From Phycisphaerae bacterium (GTDB taxonomy: Bacteria; Planctomycetota; Phycisphaerae; FEN-1346; JAACEH01), in assembly GCA_012729015.1 (NCBI GenBank), contig JAAYDY010000042.1, forward strand, positions 77,608-141,607: a DNA stretch of 64,000 nt, in the 5' to 3' direction. How positions within the stretch are numbered: the stretch's first letter is position 1; each line of letters begins with the position of its first letter. The notes under the pieces are model-generated. The model was not told the DNA's origin and did no database searches. It saw nothing but the letters and a program-made list of their open reading frames with translations. Positions 19,601-28,655 of this stretch are shown here, in pieces. A program made the position numbers and the translations under genes.

Positions 19601-21354
19601 GCCTTGTCCTGCCCCGTGGCGGGCGTCAGCCGCCACGCAGCCACTCGCGGCCCGGTGACTCGCAACGGCGTCAGCGACGAAGGCACCAGCAGCACAAGGT
19701 CGAAAATCTGGTCGTCAGCGACAGCCAGATGAATCGTGGTGGCCCGCGTCAGGGCGTCCTGCTCCAGAATCACGAGGTCGTTCATGTCCGCCGTGACGCG
19801 GGCTCGAATCTGTTCGGTCTCGACCGCCAGCGTGCCGCCGCCCTGGCGATAGCGGTAGGCGAGCCTCGCTCCGCCGCGGCGCACCCACTCGGGCAGTTCG
19901 CTGATGTCGATCTGTTCGGTCAACGTGGCGTGGTGGTGGCGCAACTGGACGCCCTCGCCGGCCGAGACGCCGACAACGCCCTCCTGGGAGACCACGTCGG
20001 CCGGTTGCAACCGGGGAATGACCAGTCCGTTGATCTTGCGGACGTCCTGGTGGGTGCGGACGGAGAGCCGGGTCGGCCCGAGGCGCGAGTTGTCGAACCG
20101 CACGCGAAGCTGCCGGTCGTCGCCGACGTCCCAGTCGCGCACGGCATCGCCTGCGACGTCGAGCACCGCGGCGCCGTCGGGCAGGCCGATGACCACGCCG
20201 CGGATGGGGCGCCCCTGGACCTGGTACTCCATGTCGCTGTGCAGAGTAACGACGCCGGCTTCGATCACGGCCAGGCTCTGGACGGCGACTGTGACCCGGG
20301 GCTGACGCAGGCTGCCGCGAAGACGGATGTCCACCGGCAGACGGGAGTAGTCGTAGCTGAGGGCGGCGACGGCATCGCCCTGATTCATGCGCCGCGTGGC
20401 GCCGGTGACGGCGTCCTGCTCAAGTACCATCGCCTCGGCGGCAAGGAATCGCACCTGGCCTTCCTGGACCGCGGCTCCGGCGACGGCCACGGGCACATGG
20501 ACGAAGGCGGTCGGCAGCGGCGGGAGCAGTTCCTCGCTCTGGACCACCAGGACCATTTTGTCCAGCACCCTGGCCGCCAGGCGGACGTCGGCCGTGCGCC
20601 CGTCGCCGGCGACGGCCCACGAGAGGACGTTGCTGCCGGCGATGCTTCGCACGGCCACGCCTTCGGGAATCGCCAGCGAAAGGCGCTCGATGAGGCCGCG
20701 CTGCACGGTGCAGGTGATGACCTCGCGTCTGGAGGCCAGGCCGGGACGGACCTGGACGAGTGCCTTGTTGTGGGCGGAGAACGCGGAGCCGGCCGCCTCG
20801 GCGACGACCGCCCTGTCCCACTGAAGGGCGAAGGCGGGTGTCAGCGGCGCCAGCAGGCTCACGGTCCGAACGCCCTCGGCCACCGCATCGGACGTGACGA
20901 TACCCTCGGGCGAGGTGATCAGGCGGCCCGAATCGCCCGGCAATCGCAGTCGGACTGCCACACGGTTGGCGGGCACACTGGGCAGTTCAATGCGGCTCGT
21001 ACCCGGCGTCGGGGAAAGCCTGCGGGCGAGGAACTTCACGGTCAATCGATAATCGCCCGGCTCGCGGGCGACGAACACGTAGGTGTCGCCCTGGGCAACC
21101 ACGCGGCCGCCGTCGGCCTGCCAGTCGAGCAGCGCCGTGTCGCGCGGCAGCAGCGGCACGACCTGGTCGGCGGCGTGGCAAAAGATGCTGAACCCGGCGG
21201 TCACGTCGCACTGGGCCTGTTCGCCGGCGGCATCGACGGCGTAGTCGGCGGTGGCGATCACCTGCGGTCGGCCCGGCAGGCCGCCCATGGGGATACACGA
21301 ACAGACAGCGGTCAGGCCCAGCAGGGCCGCGGCGAGTCGGACGGGCACTCTCAT
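16627..21354 (-). CDS. Giant secreted/membrane-anchored repeat protein (paralog 2)
   Basis: 1575 aa. Lipoprotein-like N-terminus (LTAVCSC). Repeat modules homologous to paralog 1, for example the pre-TM block LWAAYVDGRPVKPVEG... versus IWHAFVDDEQKTPV... Two TM helices, then a charged coiled-coil-like tail of about 450 aa and a final hydrophobic segment ending RRLRRGRAAAR. GGAGGTG RBS 5 nt before the ATG. 48-nt gap to paralog 1. Confidence 0.7.
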   Translation of the reverse strand: MRVPVRLAAALLGLTAVCSCIPMGGLPGRPQVIATADYAVDAAGEQAQCDVTAGFSIFCHAADQVVPLLPRDTALLDWQADGGRVVAQGDTYVFVAREPGDYRLTVKFLARRLSPTPGTSRIELPSVPANRVAVRLRLPGDSGRLITSPEGIVTSDAVAEGVRTVSLLAPLTPAFALQWDRAVVAEAAGSAFSAHNKALVQVRPGLASRREVITCTVQRGLIERLSLAIPEGVAVRSIAGSNVLSWAVAGDGRTADVRLAARVLDKMVLVVQSEELLPPLPTAFVHVPVAVAGAAVQEGQVRFLAAEAMVLEQDAVTGATRRMNQGDAVAALSYDYSRLPVDIRLRGSLRQPRVTVAVQSLAVIEAGVVTLHSDMEYQVQGRPIRGVVIGLPDGAAVLDVAGDAVRDWDVGDDRQLRVRFDNSRLGPTRLSVRTHQDVRKINGLVIPRLQPADVVSQEGVVGVSAGEGVQLRHHHATLTEQIDISELPEWVRRGGARLAYRYRQGGGTLAVETEQIRARVTADMNDLVILEQDALTRATTIHLAVADDQIFDLVLLVPSSLTPLRVTGPRVAAWRLTPATGQDKAALSVTLTDGLTGTTSLIVETTQAVDYTRPLRIESIDVPVALRTRGQVALTPGSDLKLSVVEVRSLRESTEAAIRSFRRQSPALPGAGAGDAASRALHYDFTEPWAGVFHVEPLVPLVAVAAETLLRVGQGDISAETQLICTIQEAGVSSLRVKLPSWAVNSWIEGEDISGRRLDADSNTWTIALATRRKGQYRLRVTYDRLVDREATDVTHEEPRVLEAAGHKGVLHVGKQSDQVDVTVAPSGHARTVERGAEAMSADVPVVRTIEYSGLSPQDWGLSLRLAQLGEADVLKLQASDCLLQTMINRDGTAMTFMTLTVQSTRQQFAPIELPDRRQLWAAYVDGRPVKPVEGDRPGAYRIPLLQRERRDGAFELTVVYAEQLPPLEGRAVDMNFQTPPVEVATGSMGWEVFMPQGYALRPDLVGDEGNMRMVIRPPDADVPVSRQMLGPDSRRWEQVWPSVQPVADVVLTVLAVVAATAVAAAAVWLMVRRGGRLLRRAVSPPARAARYVWKRPGLRWAALMMLAAIPVMLILAALLMPALGVKSPPMMGRVEYSEVSVDAAEGGWTGVWARRDLEVVGAALEAYRSTFDVYPADLAELEREKLVESGVVERLKKSGTNYFGESLNMALRQPQGRAGEQKDVTGVLLADVGADGYTVVRPGNEVQHVEPGQRRQLARELYRQGEVNNPIVEEDLKPTEEDLRTYSESYEKAKMLGGKSRARQDSNLLNLEAQRRMKLAEKFYGWDEADRDSGRASRSLRGEDLPLAPEGAQPGAAEEPRDDITRADEKKDLDKAFKGQAADVLRQAQEAAGVTKTEVQTTPQSSFVFKLEAGTKTGSGVGYGAATDVPAAAAGGVATAKPDQPGPESEARGIEGVPHGKANGPSAAAADEGWRPWDAGGVEAVSLSPVREGRTRGSLPIGLQLPQGDRLPYMFSRVGRGFSGGDMGHFRIEAVRSGSGYAVYAVAAVAVAGLVGTAAVGAARRLRRGRAAAR

Positions 21355-21381
21355 AACCGCACCTCCATAGATGTGATATTA

Positions 21382-21406
21382 GACGAGGCAGCGGGGAATT
21401 GGTTCC
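21382..21406 (-). promoter_or_regulatory. Candidate ECF-sigma-type promoter for the giant-gene operon
   Basis: Minus strand reads TGGAAC-N16-CGTCTAA, about 30 nt upstream of the ATG at 21354. The GGAGGTG RBS follows. Confidence 0.3.
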
Positions 21407-21420
21407 AGGAATTGCGCCGG

Positions 21421-21449
21421 CACGTGACGGGACGGGTGCACGTCACGTG
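21421..21449. promoter_or_regulatory. Perfect 9-bp inverted repeat CACGTGACG-N11-CGTCACGTG (candidate operator)
   Basis: Seen directly. Lies immediately upstream of the putative -35 of the giant-gene operon. Confidence 0.3.
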
Positions 21450-21828
21450 GTGTGGGTGCGCGGGCTCTCGCACCGCAGAAGCGACGGTGCCATCGTTGGA
21501 GCAACGACAGAACCGGGGCCAAGGCGTGCTTCCCTCTCCGCCCGACCCGATGCTCACTCGGCACACCTTGGTCTCCGGCTTCGCAGGAGCCTCCAAGATG
21601 GCACCCCGCGGCAGCGCACTGCTGGCGACCGTTTTGCGAGGCCATGAAGGGCGGCTCGCCCCTCGACGAGGCTCGGGACTTGCAGCGAGCCGCTCCTACG
21701 GTGAGCGCGGCGGGAGGGGTCAAGGCGTTCGACCCTCACCGCCCCGAGCGGCGCTCGGGGCACCTCTCCCTGCAAGCAGGGCGAGGGGTGCAGGAGCGTG
21801 CTGCGCACGCAGGGTTGACAGAGGAACC

Positions 21829-21948
21829 GCGTGGGTCCGGGGGACCCACCCTACCCGTGTTCCTCGCCAGTCCGCGTGGGTCCGGGGGACCCACCCTACC
21901 CGTGTTCCTCGCCAGTCCGCGTGGGTCCGGGGGACCCACCCTGCCCGC
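21829..21948. repeat. 45-bp direct tandem repeat, about 2.6 copies, each with a GGGTCC-GGG-GGACCC hairpin
   Basis: gtgggtccgggggacccaccctacccgtgttcctcgccagtccgc repeated at 21831, 21876 and 21921. Intergenic, just downstream of the stop of the 21986..23059 gene. Confidence 0.7.
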
Positions 21949-21985
21949 GACCCGCGGTGTTCATGGCCGCCGGCTCTGTGTCGAG

Positions 21986-23059
21986 TCAGTTGACGAACAC
22001 GCCGAGAGCGGCCGCTTGCGTGATCTTCTGGTACCGGGCGTAGGCTCGGGCGGCGCGGTCGCGCAGCGTCGCGGCGCTCTGCCGTTCGGCGAAGGCCTCC
22101 AGCAGAGCGGCCAAGGTGTAGGCCTCGGGAGCCATGAACTGCCTGGTGGCCAGCAGCCGCACGGCGTGGGGGCGCGCCAGGTGCGGGGTGAAGTAGGCGT
22201 CGCTCTTGCAGGCCAGGACGAACCAGCCCACCGGCGGCGAGGCGACCGGACTGTTCACGGCGGCGAAGAGGTTCGTTTCGCGGACGGCTGCATTCATCAG
22301 GCTGTTGTGCCCGACGAACCCGACAACGTGGCCGGCGCCGCCGGCATCGATCGTGCGACCATCGGGCAGGGCGACGGTCCACGCTGCGCTGCCAAGGGCA
22401 TCGGCGGCGAACGCGCCGAGGGCATTTTCCATCGGCATGCCGCGCCAGGCTCGGGCTACAAGCAGCATCTCCACCTGCTGCGCCGCGGGCACGCCGGGCC
22501 ATCGCGAGGCGGCCGGCACACGATGACGGAACACCGCCTGTTCAAGCATCCCATCGGGGTCGCCGTCGCGGCGCTGCGACTCGATCAGGAGTTCCCACGC
22601 GCGGCTCTGTTTGAAGAACGTCTTGAGGCCGAACATCGCGCCCCAGTAGAGGTTCGTTCGCGGCGTGTCGCCGTCGCCGAGCGAGGCCGATACGGGGGCG
22701 ATGCCCTGTCGGTTGTCGCACAGGCAGACGTGAACCGTGACGACGATCGGCCTGCCTGCGCGAACGGCGTCGCCGGCGCGGGCGTAGAGGGTGTCGAGCG
22801 TGGCGGGTTCGCGCCGCGCGGGCGGCGGCGGCGCAGCCTGCGGCCCGGTTGCGGCGCGGGGCCCGCCGGAAGGTCCGTCGACTGACGAAGACGAGCCCTT
22901 GCCCGCGTGAGGATCGTCGATTCTCCCCCTCGCCTCAGGGGCCGGCCGAAACCACAGCAGGTAGCTCCCCCAGCCGGCCACCCCGAGGGCCGTGAGCACC
23001 AACACAAGGGCGAGTCGCGATCTGCCTTGCCTGCGAGGCGCTCGTGCGTCCGTCTGCAT
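21986..23059 (-). CDS. Hypothetical protein with N-terminal membrane anchor
   Basis: 357 aa. GGAGG RBS 9 nt upstream. TM helix LALVLVLTALGVAGWGSYLLWF, then a Pro/Ala-rich linker and a globular domain. No recognised motif. Confidence 0.5.
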   Translation of the reverse strand: MQTDARAPRRQGRSRLALVLVLTALGVAGWGSYLLWFRPAPEARGRIDDPHAGKGSSSSVDGPSGGPRAATGPQAAPPPPARREPATLDTLYARAGDAVRAGRPIVVTVHVCLCDNRQGIAPVSASLGDGDTPRTNLYWGAMFGLKTFFKQSRAWELLIESQRRDGDPDGMLEQAVFRHRVPAASRWPGVPAAQQVEMLLVARAWRGMPMENALGAFAADALGSAAWTVALPDGRTIDAGGAGHVVGFVGHNSLMNAAVRETNLFAAVNSPVASPPVGWFVLACKSDAYFTPHLARPHAVRLLATRQFMAPEAYTLAALLEAFAERQSAATLRDRAARAYARYQKITQAAALGVFVN

Positions 23060-23098
23060 GGTGCCCTGCCTCCATCACCTGATCGGAAAACCGTGGGC

Positions 23099-23890
23099 TC
23101 ACGACGCCATGAGGACGGCGACGGTGTTGAAGGCGGCGTGGGCGGTGGCGGCGGTGGCGAAGCCGCTGCGCAGGTAGACGGCGCCGAGGTAAATGCCCTG
23201 GGCGACGCGGTAAAGAAATTCCAGTTGTGCCCTGGCGGCGTTGCCGCTGCCTGGGGGATGGGCGATGGCGAACACGGCGGCGGCCAGGCAGATGGCGACG
23301 ATCTGGGCGGCGCCGGCGGGGGTGCGGAAGAGTTTCTGCATGAGCAGCAGGACGAGCGAGACCAGGACGAGGCGGAAGAGGAACTCCTCGAAGACCCCTG
23401 CTCCGACGCCGATGACGATTTCGCGGAAACCGCCGCCGCGGCCGACGTCGAACAGGCTGAGAGCGGCGGCCAGCATCTCGGCAAAGGGCAGCGTGAAGAG
23501 CAGGTAGAGGATGACCATCGGGACGGTCCAGAGGAGAGCCTGTCCCCAGAGTCGCCAGAGGTCGGCGGCCCGGAGTTGCCAGGGATCGCGCCGCCAGAGG
23601 TGGATGACCAGCAGGACCGCCAGAACCAGGACACCGGGCAGGAAATGGGCCGTCAGGCCCACGTGGCCGAGCAGTTTGGCGAACCAGGTGTCCAGGAGTG
23701 GCCTGCTGCGGTCGCTGATGCCGACGATGGCGAGGGCGACCTCGTAGAAGAGGATGATCGGGAGCAGGGCTGCCGCCTGGACCAGTGGCGGATAGGAGCC
23801 GGTCATGATCGGGCTGCCGGCGGCACCGGAACCGCCTGTCCCGCCGGAGGATGTCTTCTTGTCTGCCATGACCGGACTGTTTATCATGCC
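23099..23890 (-). CDS. CPBP-family intramembrane metalloprotease (CAAX protease / Abi-like)
   Basis: Multi-TM. Motifs EEFLFR, FAIAH and HAAFN match the CPBP EExxxR / FxxxH / HxxxN triad. The start is uncertain (MINSPV at 23890 or MADKK at 23869). The ORF track extends to 23944. Confidence 0.7.
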   Translation of the reverse strand, partial: GMINSPVMADKKTSSGGTGGSGAAGSPIMTGSYPPLVQAAALLPIILFYEVALAIVGISDRSRPLLDTWFAKLLGHVGLTAHFLPGVLVLAVLLVIHLWRRDPWQLRAADLWRLWGQALLWTVPMVILYLLFTLPFAEMLAAALSLFDVGRGGGFREIVIGVGAGVFEEFLFRLVLVSLVLLLMQKLFRTPAGAAQIVAICLAAAVFAIAHPPGSGNAARAQLEFLYRVAQGIYLGAVYLRSGFATAATAHAAFNTVAVLMAS

Positions 23891-24045
23891 GGTGCAGGAA
23901 AAGCAAGGGACTGCGATCCGACTACGGCTCCGAAGGCGGGGCACCGGTGACCCTCGTCACCAATCCCGCGCGCCAAGGGGGCTAGGATGACGTCGGGATG
24001 GAATCGGGGGGCCGGATTGATGCGCTGGGAGTTGGGGAGCCAATC

Positions 24046-25131
24046 ATGACTTCGAAGGAACGGATTCGGCGGCTGATCGTGGACAAGGAACCGGCGGACC
24101 GGGTGGGCCTGTACGATCACTACTGGCCGGAAACGCGTCGGGACTACTGGGTGAACGAGGGGTACCCGGACCCCGAGGTGGTGCCGACGGACTTCTTCGG
24201 GTACGACATCATCGAGACCTGGGCCGTGAACGACGCCGGCCCCCTGCGCGGGCAGGACGGCATGGTGGAGGAGACGGACGAGTGGAAGGTGTGGCGTGAC
24301 GGGTTCGGCGCGTCGCTGAAGACGTGGAAACGCAAGAGCGGCACGCCGGAGCACATGGATTTTGCGATCAAGACGCGGGAGGATTGGGACCGCGTGAAGG
24401 GGTCGCTGCTGGAGCTGGACCCGGGGCGGGTGAACGTGGCGGAGTCGCAGCGGGTGCTGGAGGTCGGGCGGCGGGATCAGCGGTTCACGTGCTTCGGGCA
24501 CCAGTTCTGCATCGAGCTGATGCGAGCGACGATCGGCGACATGGTGATGCTTCCGTCGCTGCTGCTGGAGCCGGAGTGGATTCACGACATGCTGCGGGTG
24601 TGGACGGACTTCTTCAAGCGGCATTACGTGTATGTGTTCGACACGGTCGGACGTCCGGACGGCATGTGGATTTATGAGGACCTGGGCTTTACGAACGGGC
24701 TGTTCGCGTCGCCGGCGACGATCCGCGAGCTGATGCTGCCGTACTACAAGGAGCTGATTCACCTGTACAAGCACGATTACGGGCTTCCGGTGCTGATCCA
24801 TTCGTGCGGCGACATCCGCAAGGCGGTGCCGCTCATGATCGAGGCCGGGTGGGACTGTTTGCAGCCGATGGAGGCGAAGGCGGGCGTGGACGTGCTGGAG
24901 CTGGCCGACACGTACGGCAACGCGCTGAGCTACATGGGCAACATCAACGTGCAGGTGCTGAACACGAACGACAAGGCGAAGGTGCGGGCGGAAGTCCAGC
25001 GGAAGATGGGCGGGATGATTGAGCGCCGGATGCCGTACATCCTGCACAGCGACCATTCGATTCCGCCGGACGTGAGGATGGAGACGTACCGGTACATGCT
25101 GGAGTTGCACGCCGAGCACGGGGCGTACTGA
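24046..25131 (+). CDS. Uroporphyrinogen decarboxylase (URO-D) family protein, MtaA/CmuA-like
   Basis: About 360 aa from MTSKERIRRLI. Carries LIHSCGD and other URO-D fold features. The ORF track starts at 23998. Confidence 0.7.
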   Translation: MTSKERIRRLIVDKEPADRVGLYDHYWPETRRDYWVNEGYPDPEVVPTDFFGYDIIETWAVNDAGPLRGQDGMVEETDEWKVWRDGFGASLKTWKRKSGTPEHMDFAIKTREDWDRVKGSLLELDPGRVNVAESQRVLEVGRRDQRFTCFGHQFCIELMRATIGDMVMLPSLLLEPEWIHDMLRVWTDFFKRHYVYVFDTVGRPDGMWIYEDLGFTNGLFASPATIRELMLPYYKELIHLYKHDYGLPVLIHSCGDIRKAVPLMIEAGWDCLQPMEAKAGVDVLELADTYGNALSYMGNINVQVLNTNDKAKVRAEVQRKMGGMIERRMPYILHSDHSIPPDVRMETYRYMLELHAEHGAY

Positions 25132-25839
25132 GTGCCGAAGCCGCAGGAGGAGCCTGAACCGGCCGTGACCGTCAACGAGAAGATACGCGCGTTCTACGAG
25201 GCGTTGTCGGCGTCCTACGGGCCGCAGCACTGGTGGCCGGCGCCGACGCCGTTTGAGGTCTGCGTCGGGGCGATTCTGACGCAGAACACCAGTTGGGGCA
25301 ACGTGGAGCGTGCACTTGCGAATCTGAAGCAGGCCGGCGTTCTGTCGCCGGAGGCGTTGTGGGCTCTGCCGCCGGAGGAACTGGCCGAGTTGATCCGCCC
25401 GGCCGGGTACTACCGGCTGAAGGCGGGACGGCTGCGGAACTTCCTCGACCTGGTGGTCAACAGCTATGGCGGGTCGCTTGAGCGGCTGTTCGAGTTGCCG
25501 ACGGACCGGTTGCGTCAGGAGGTGCTCGCCGTCAGCGGGATTGGGCCGGAGACGGCCGACTCGATGCTGCTCTATGCCGCCTCGCGGCCGGTGTTCGTTG
25601 TGGACGCCTACACGCTGCGGATCGCCTTCCGGCACGGGATCGTGGACCAGGAGTGCGACTACGATCTGCTCCAGGAGACGTTTGCCGGGGCGCTCGAGCC
25701 GGACGTGGCGTTGTTCAATGAGTACCACGGCCTGCTGGTGCAGGTGGGGAAGCTGCATTGCCGCAAACGCGAGCCGTCATGCGTTGGGTGCCCGCTGGAA
25801 CGCTTTCTGGAGCCCGGAGAGCCGTGCGAGCCACTGTGA
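25132..25839 (+). CDS. Endonuclease III-related HhH-GPD family protein
   Basis: 235 aa. ILTQNTSWGNVERA, the HhH-GPD motif LLAVSGIGPETADSMLLYA, and a C-terminal Cys cluster CRKREPSCVGCP. Confidence 0.8.
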   Translation: MPKPQEEPEPAVTVNEKIRAFYEALSASYGPQHWWPAPTPFEVCVGAILTQNTSWGNVERALANLKQAGVLSPEALWALPPEELAELIRPAGYYRLKAGRLRNFLDLVVNSYGGSLERLFELPTDRLRQEVLAVSGIGPETADSMLLYAASRPVFVVDAYTLRIAFRHGIVDQECDYDLLQETFAGALEPDVALFNEYHGLLVQVGKLHCRKREPSCVGCPLERFLEPGEPCEPL

Positions 25840-25860
25840 GCGACCCCGAGGCGGCACTCC

Positions 25861-25961
25861 TGGGGTGACTGAACGTTTCGGGGAAAGCGGGGGCAGGATG
25901 CCCCTGCCACTCACGGGCAAGATGCCCGTGCCACGGTACACCCCCAAAACGTTAATGCACC
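25861..25961. repeat. MITE/REP-like intergenic element, copy 2 (orientation B)
   Basis: gaacgtttcgggg...ggcaggatgcccctgcc...gggcaagatgcccgtgcc...ccccaaaacgttaatgcaccc. It is the reverse complement of copy 1. Confidence 0.8.
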
Positions 25962-26137
25962 CACACTCCTGGAGCAATTGACAGGCTCCGCTGATTCGCG
26001 CACAATCCCCGGCACCTCTTGAGCCTGACAGCGTTGAAGGCTAAACTCTCGACCATGGGATTGGCCGTGTGGGCCAAACGTGGTCGGATTTCGTAGTCTC
26101 CCTCTTCCGGGGGAGAAACCTTGAAAGGTCATCAGGG

Positions 26138-26911
26138 ATGGCGAAGCGAACGGTAGCGGTGCAGTTGATCATTTTCGGCAAGCGGAACAAGGAGGACCTG
26201 GCGGGGGTTCTGGACGACGTGGCGGCCGCCGGATACCAGGGTGTGGAGACGGGTTGCCTGGCGGACCAGGTGTCGGGCAAAGAGTTCAAGAAGATGCTCG
26301 ACGACCGCGGACTGGCGCATGTGGGAGCCCACTTCGGCGGGCCAACGCTGCTGAGCGATCTGGGCAAGGTGATTGACTGGCTGGGCGAGACGGGCGGCAC
26401 GGACGTGCCGATTTCGGATCTTCGCACCATCGACAAGCCGCTGGACGTGTACAAGCAGTGCGCCGACGAGTACAACGAGGCGGGGCGGCGATGCAACGAA
26501 GCGGGCCTCGTGTTGAGCTACCACAACCACAGTTGGGAACTGAAGCCGGCACAGGACGGATCCCTGCCGCTGGAATACCTGTATGCGCAGACGGACCCGA
26601 AGCTCGTGAAACTGTGCATCGACGCCTACTGGGTGCGCGACGGGCAGGTGGACCCTGCCGCCTTCGTGGCCAAGCATGCCTCTCGCCTGCGGATTCTCCA
26701 CGCCAAGGACTCGTACCTGGAGGAAGTCGGCAAACGGTCGTTCGCTCCGGTGGGCGAAGGCGTGCTGGACTTCCCAGCGATCTTCAAGGCAGCGGACAAG
26801 TCGCCGGCGCGGTGGATTGTCGTGGAACAGGACGTGCCGGACCACGACCGCCAGGCGGCGGAATGCATCGCGTCGAGCCGCAAGGCGATCAAGAAGATGA
26901 TCAAGCTGTAG
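26138..26911 (+). CDS. Sugar phosphate isomerase/epimerase (xylose isomerase-like TIM barrel)
   Basis: Starts at MAKRTVAVQLIIFG. Contains YQGVE and LSYHNHSWE motifs typical of the AP-endonuclease-2/TIM family. Confidence 0.75.
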   Translation: MAKRTVAVQLIIFGKRNKEDLAGVLDDVAAAGYQGVETGCLADQVSGKEFKKMLDDRGLAHVGAHFGGPTLLSDLGKVIDWLGETGGTDVPISDLRTIDKPLDVYKQCADEYNEAGRRCNEAGLVLSYHNHSWELKPAQDGSLPLEYLYAQTDPKLVKLCIDAYWVRDGQVDPAAFVAKHASRLRILHAKDSYLEEVGKRSFAPVGEGVLDFPAIFKAADKSPARWIVVEQDVPDHDRQAAECIASSRKAIKKMIKL

Positions 26912-27071
26912 GAGCCTGTCCGAGGCTCCAGTGACGGGTACAGCCAGGGGCGTCCTGCGTTGGCGGATCGGTGCATAGCCAGGCCAACGCGCGGCGCCCC
27001 TGGTCGCATTGCAGGGCCGTAGCAGCGGGCTGTCGGTTCAGGGGCCGAGATCGCAATGCGTGGCGAGCATC

Positions 27072-28157
<1,086 letters not shown>

Positions 28158-28205
28158 TCATCGACTGCCATGCTTGGCACCACCTGACGCCGGTACGAGC
28201 CGGCA

Positions 28206-28655
28206 TCAGGCATTCAGAAACAGGGACACCTCAACACGCCCACCGTCCAGAAGCAGCCCGGCCTGGGCGACGCACTGGCCGCCCGGCCCCGGGGCGTCCT
28301 GCCGGCAGATTTCCGGAGGATGCACGTCGAAGACAGCCTCCTGGCCGGCAATCCGCGGCAGGATGTTGCCGCAGATCACGTTGGCCATTTCCTTGAAGGC
28401 GTCGAGCTGCTGCTCGGCCGGCGCCTGATCGTCGGCGCCGGTCATGTTGGTCGCCAGGACGGCCGGCAACTGGGGCTCGACGGCCACCTTGAGGGCCCCG
28501 GACTGTGGTCCGCTGAAACAGACCTCGGCGACGACCGGGTCGGCCAGCGGCCCGGCGTCGGCGCTGTCGCCCTCGTCCATGGGGAACATGAACCCGAGCG
28601 TGCTGAAGGCCTCGGCAGCCACGTCCTGGAGCACCTGGTCATACCTGGTTGTCAT
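28206..28655 (-). CDS. cheX: CheX-family chemotaxis phosphatase
   Basis: 149 aa. CheC/CheX-like fold. Position within the che operon. Overlaps cheY by 17 nt. Confidence 0.65.
   Translation of the reverse strand: MTTRYDQVLQDVAAEAFSTLGFMFPMDEGDSADAGPLADPVVAEVCFSGPQSGALKVAVEPQLPAVLATNMTGADDQAPAEQQLDAFKEMANVICGNILPRIAGQEAVFDVHPPEICRQDAPGPGGQCVAQAGLLLDGGRVEVSLFLNA

Noticed and set aside
12676-21354. Giant proteins as bacterial alpha-2-macroglobulins
   Set aside because: No CxEQ thioester motif was found. The presence of C-terminal TM helices and cytoplasmic tails does not fit alpha-2-macroglobulin.
21829-21948. Possible CRISPR array
   Set aside because: The direct repeats are contiguous with no unique spacers. 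There are only 2.6 units and no cas genes in the window.
25861-25961. Sigma-54 promoter-like TGGCACGGGCATCTTGCC inside the MITE-like element
   Set aside because: GG to GC spacing is 12 nt rather than the strict 10 nt. The motif is better explained as the arm of the element's internal hairpin.
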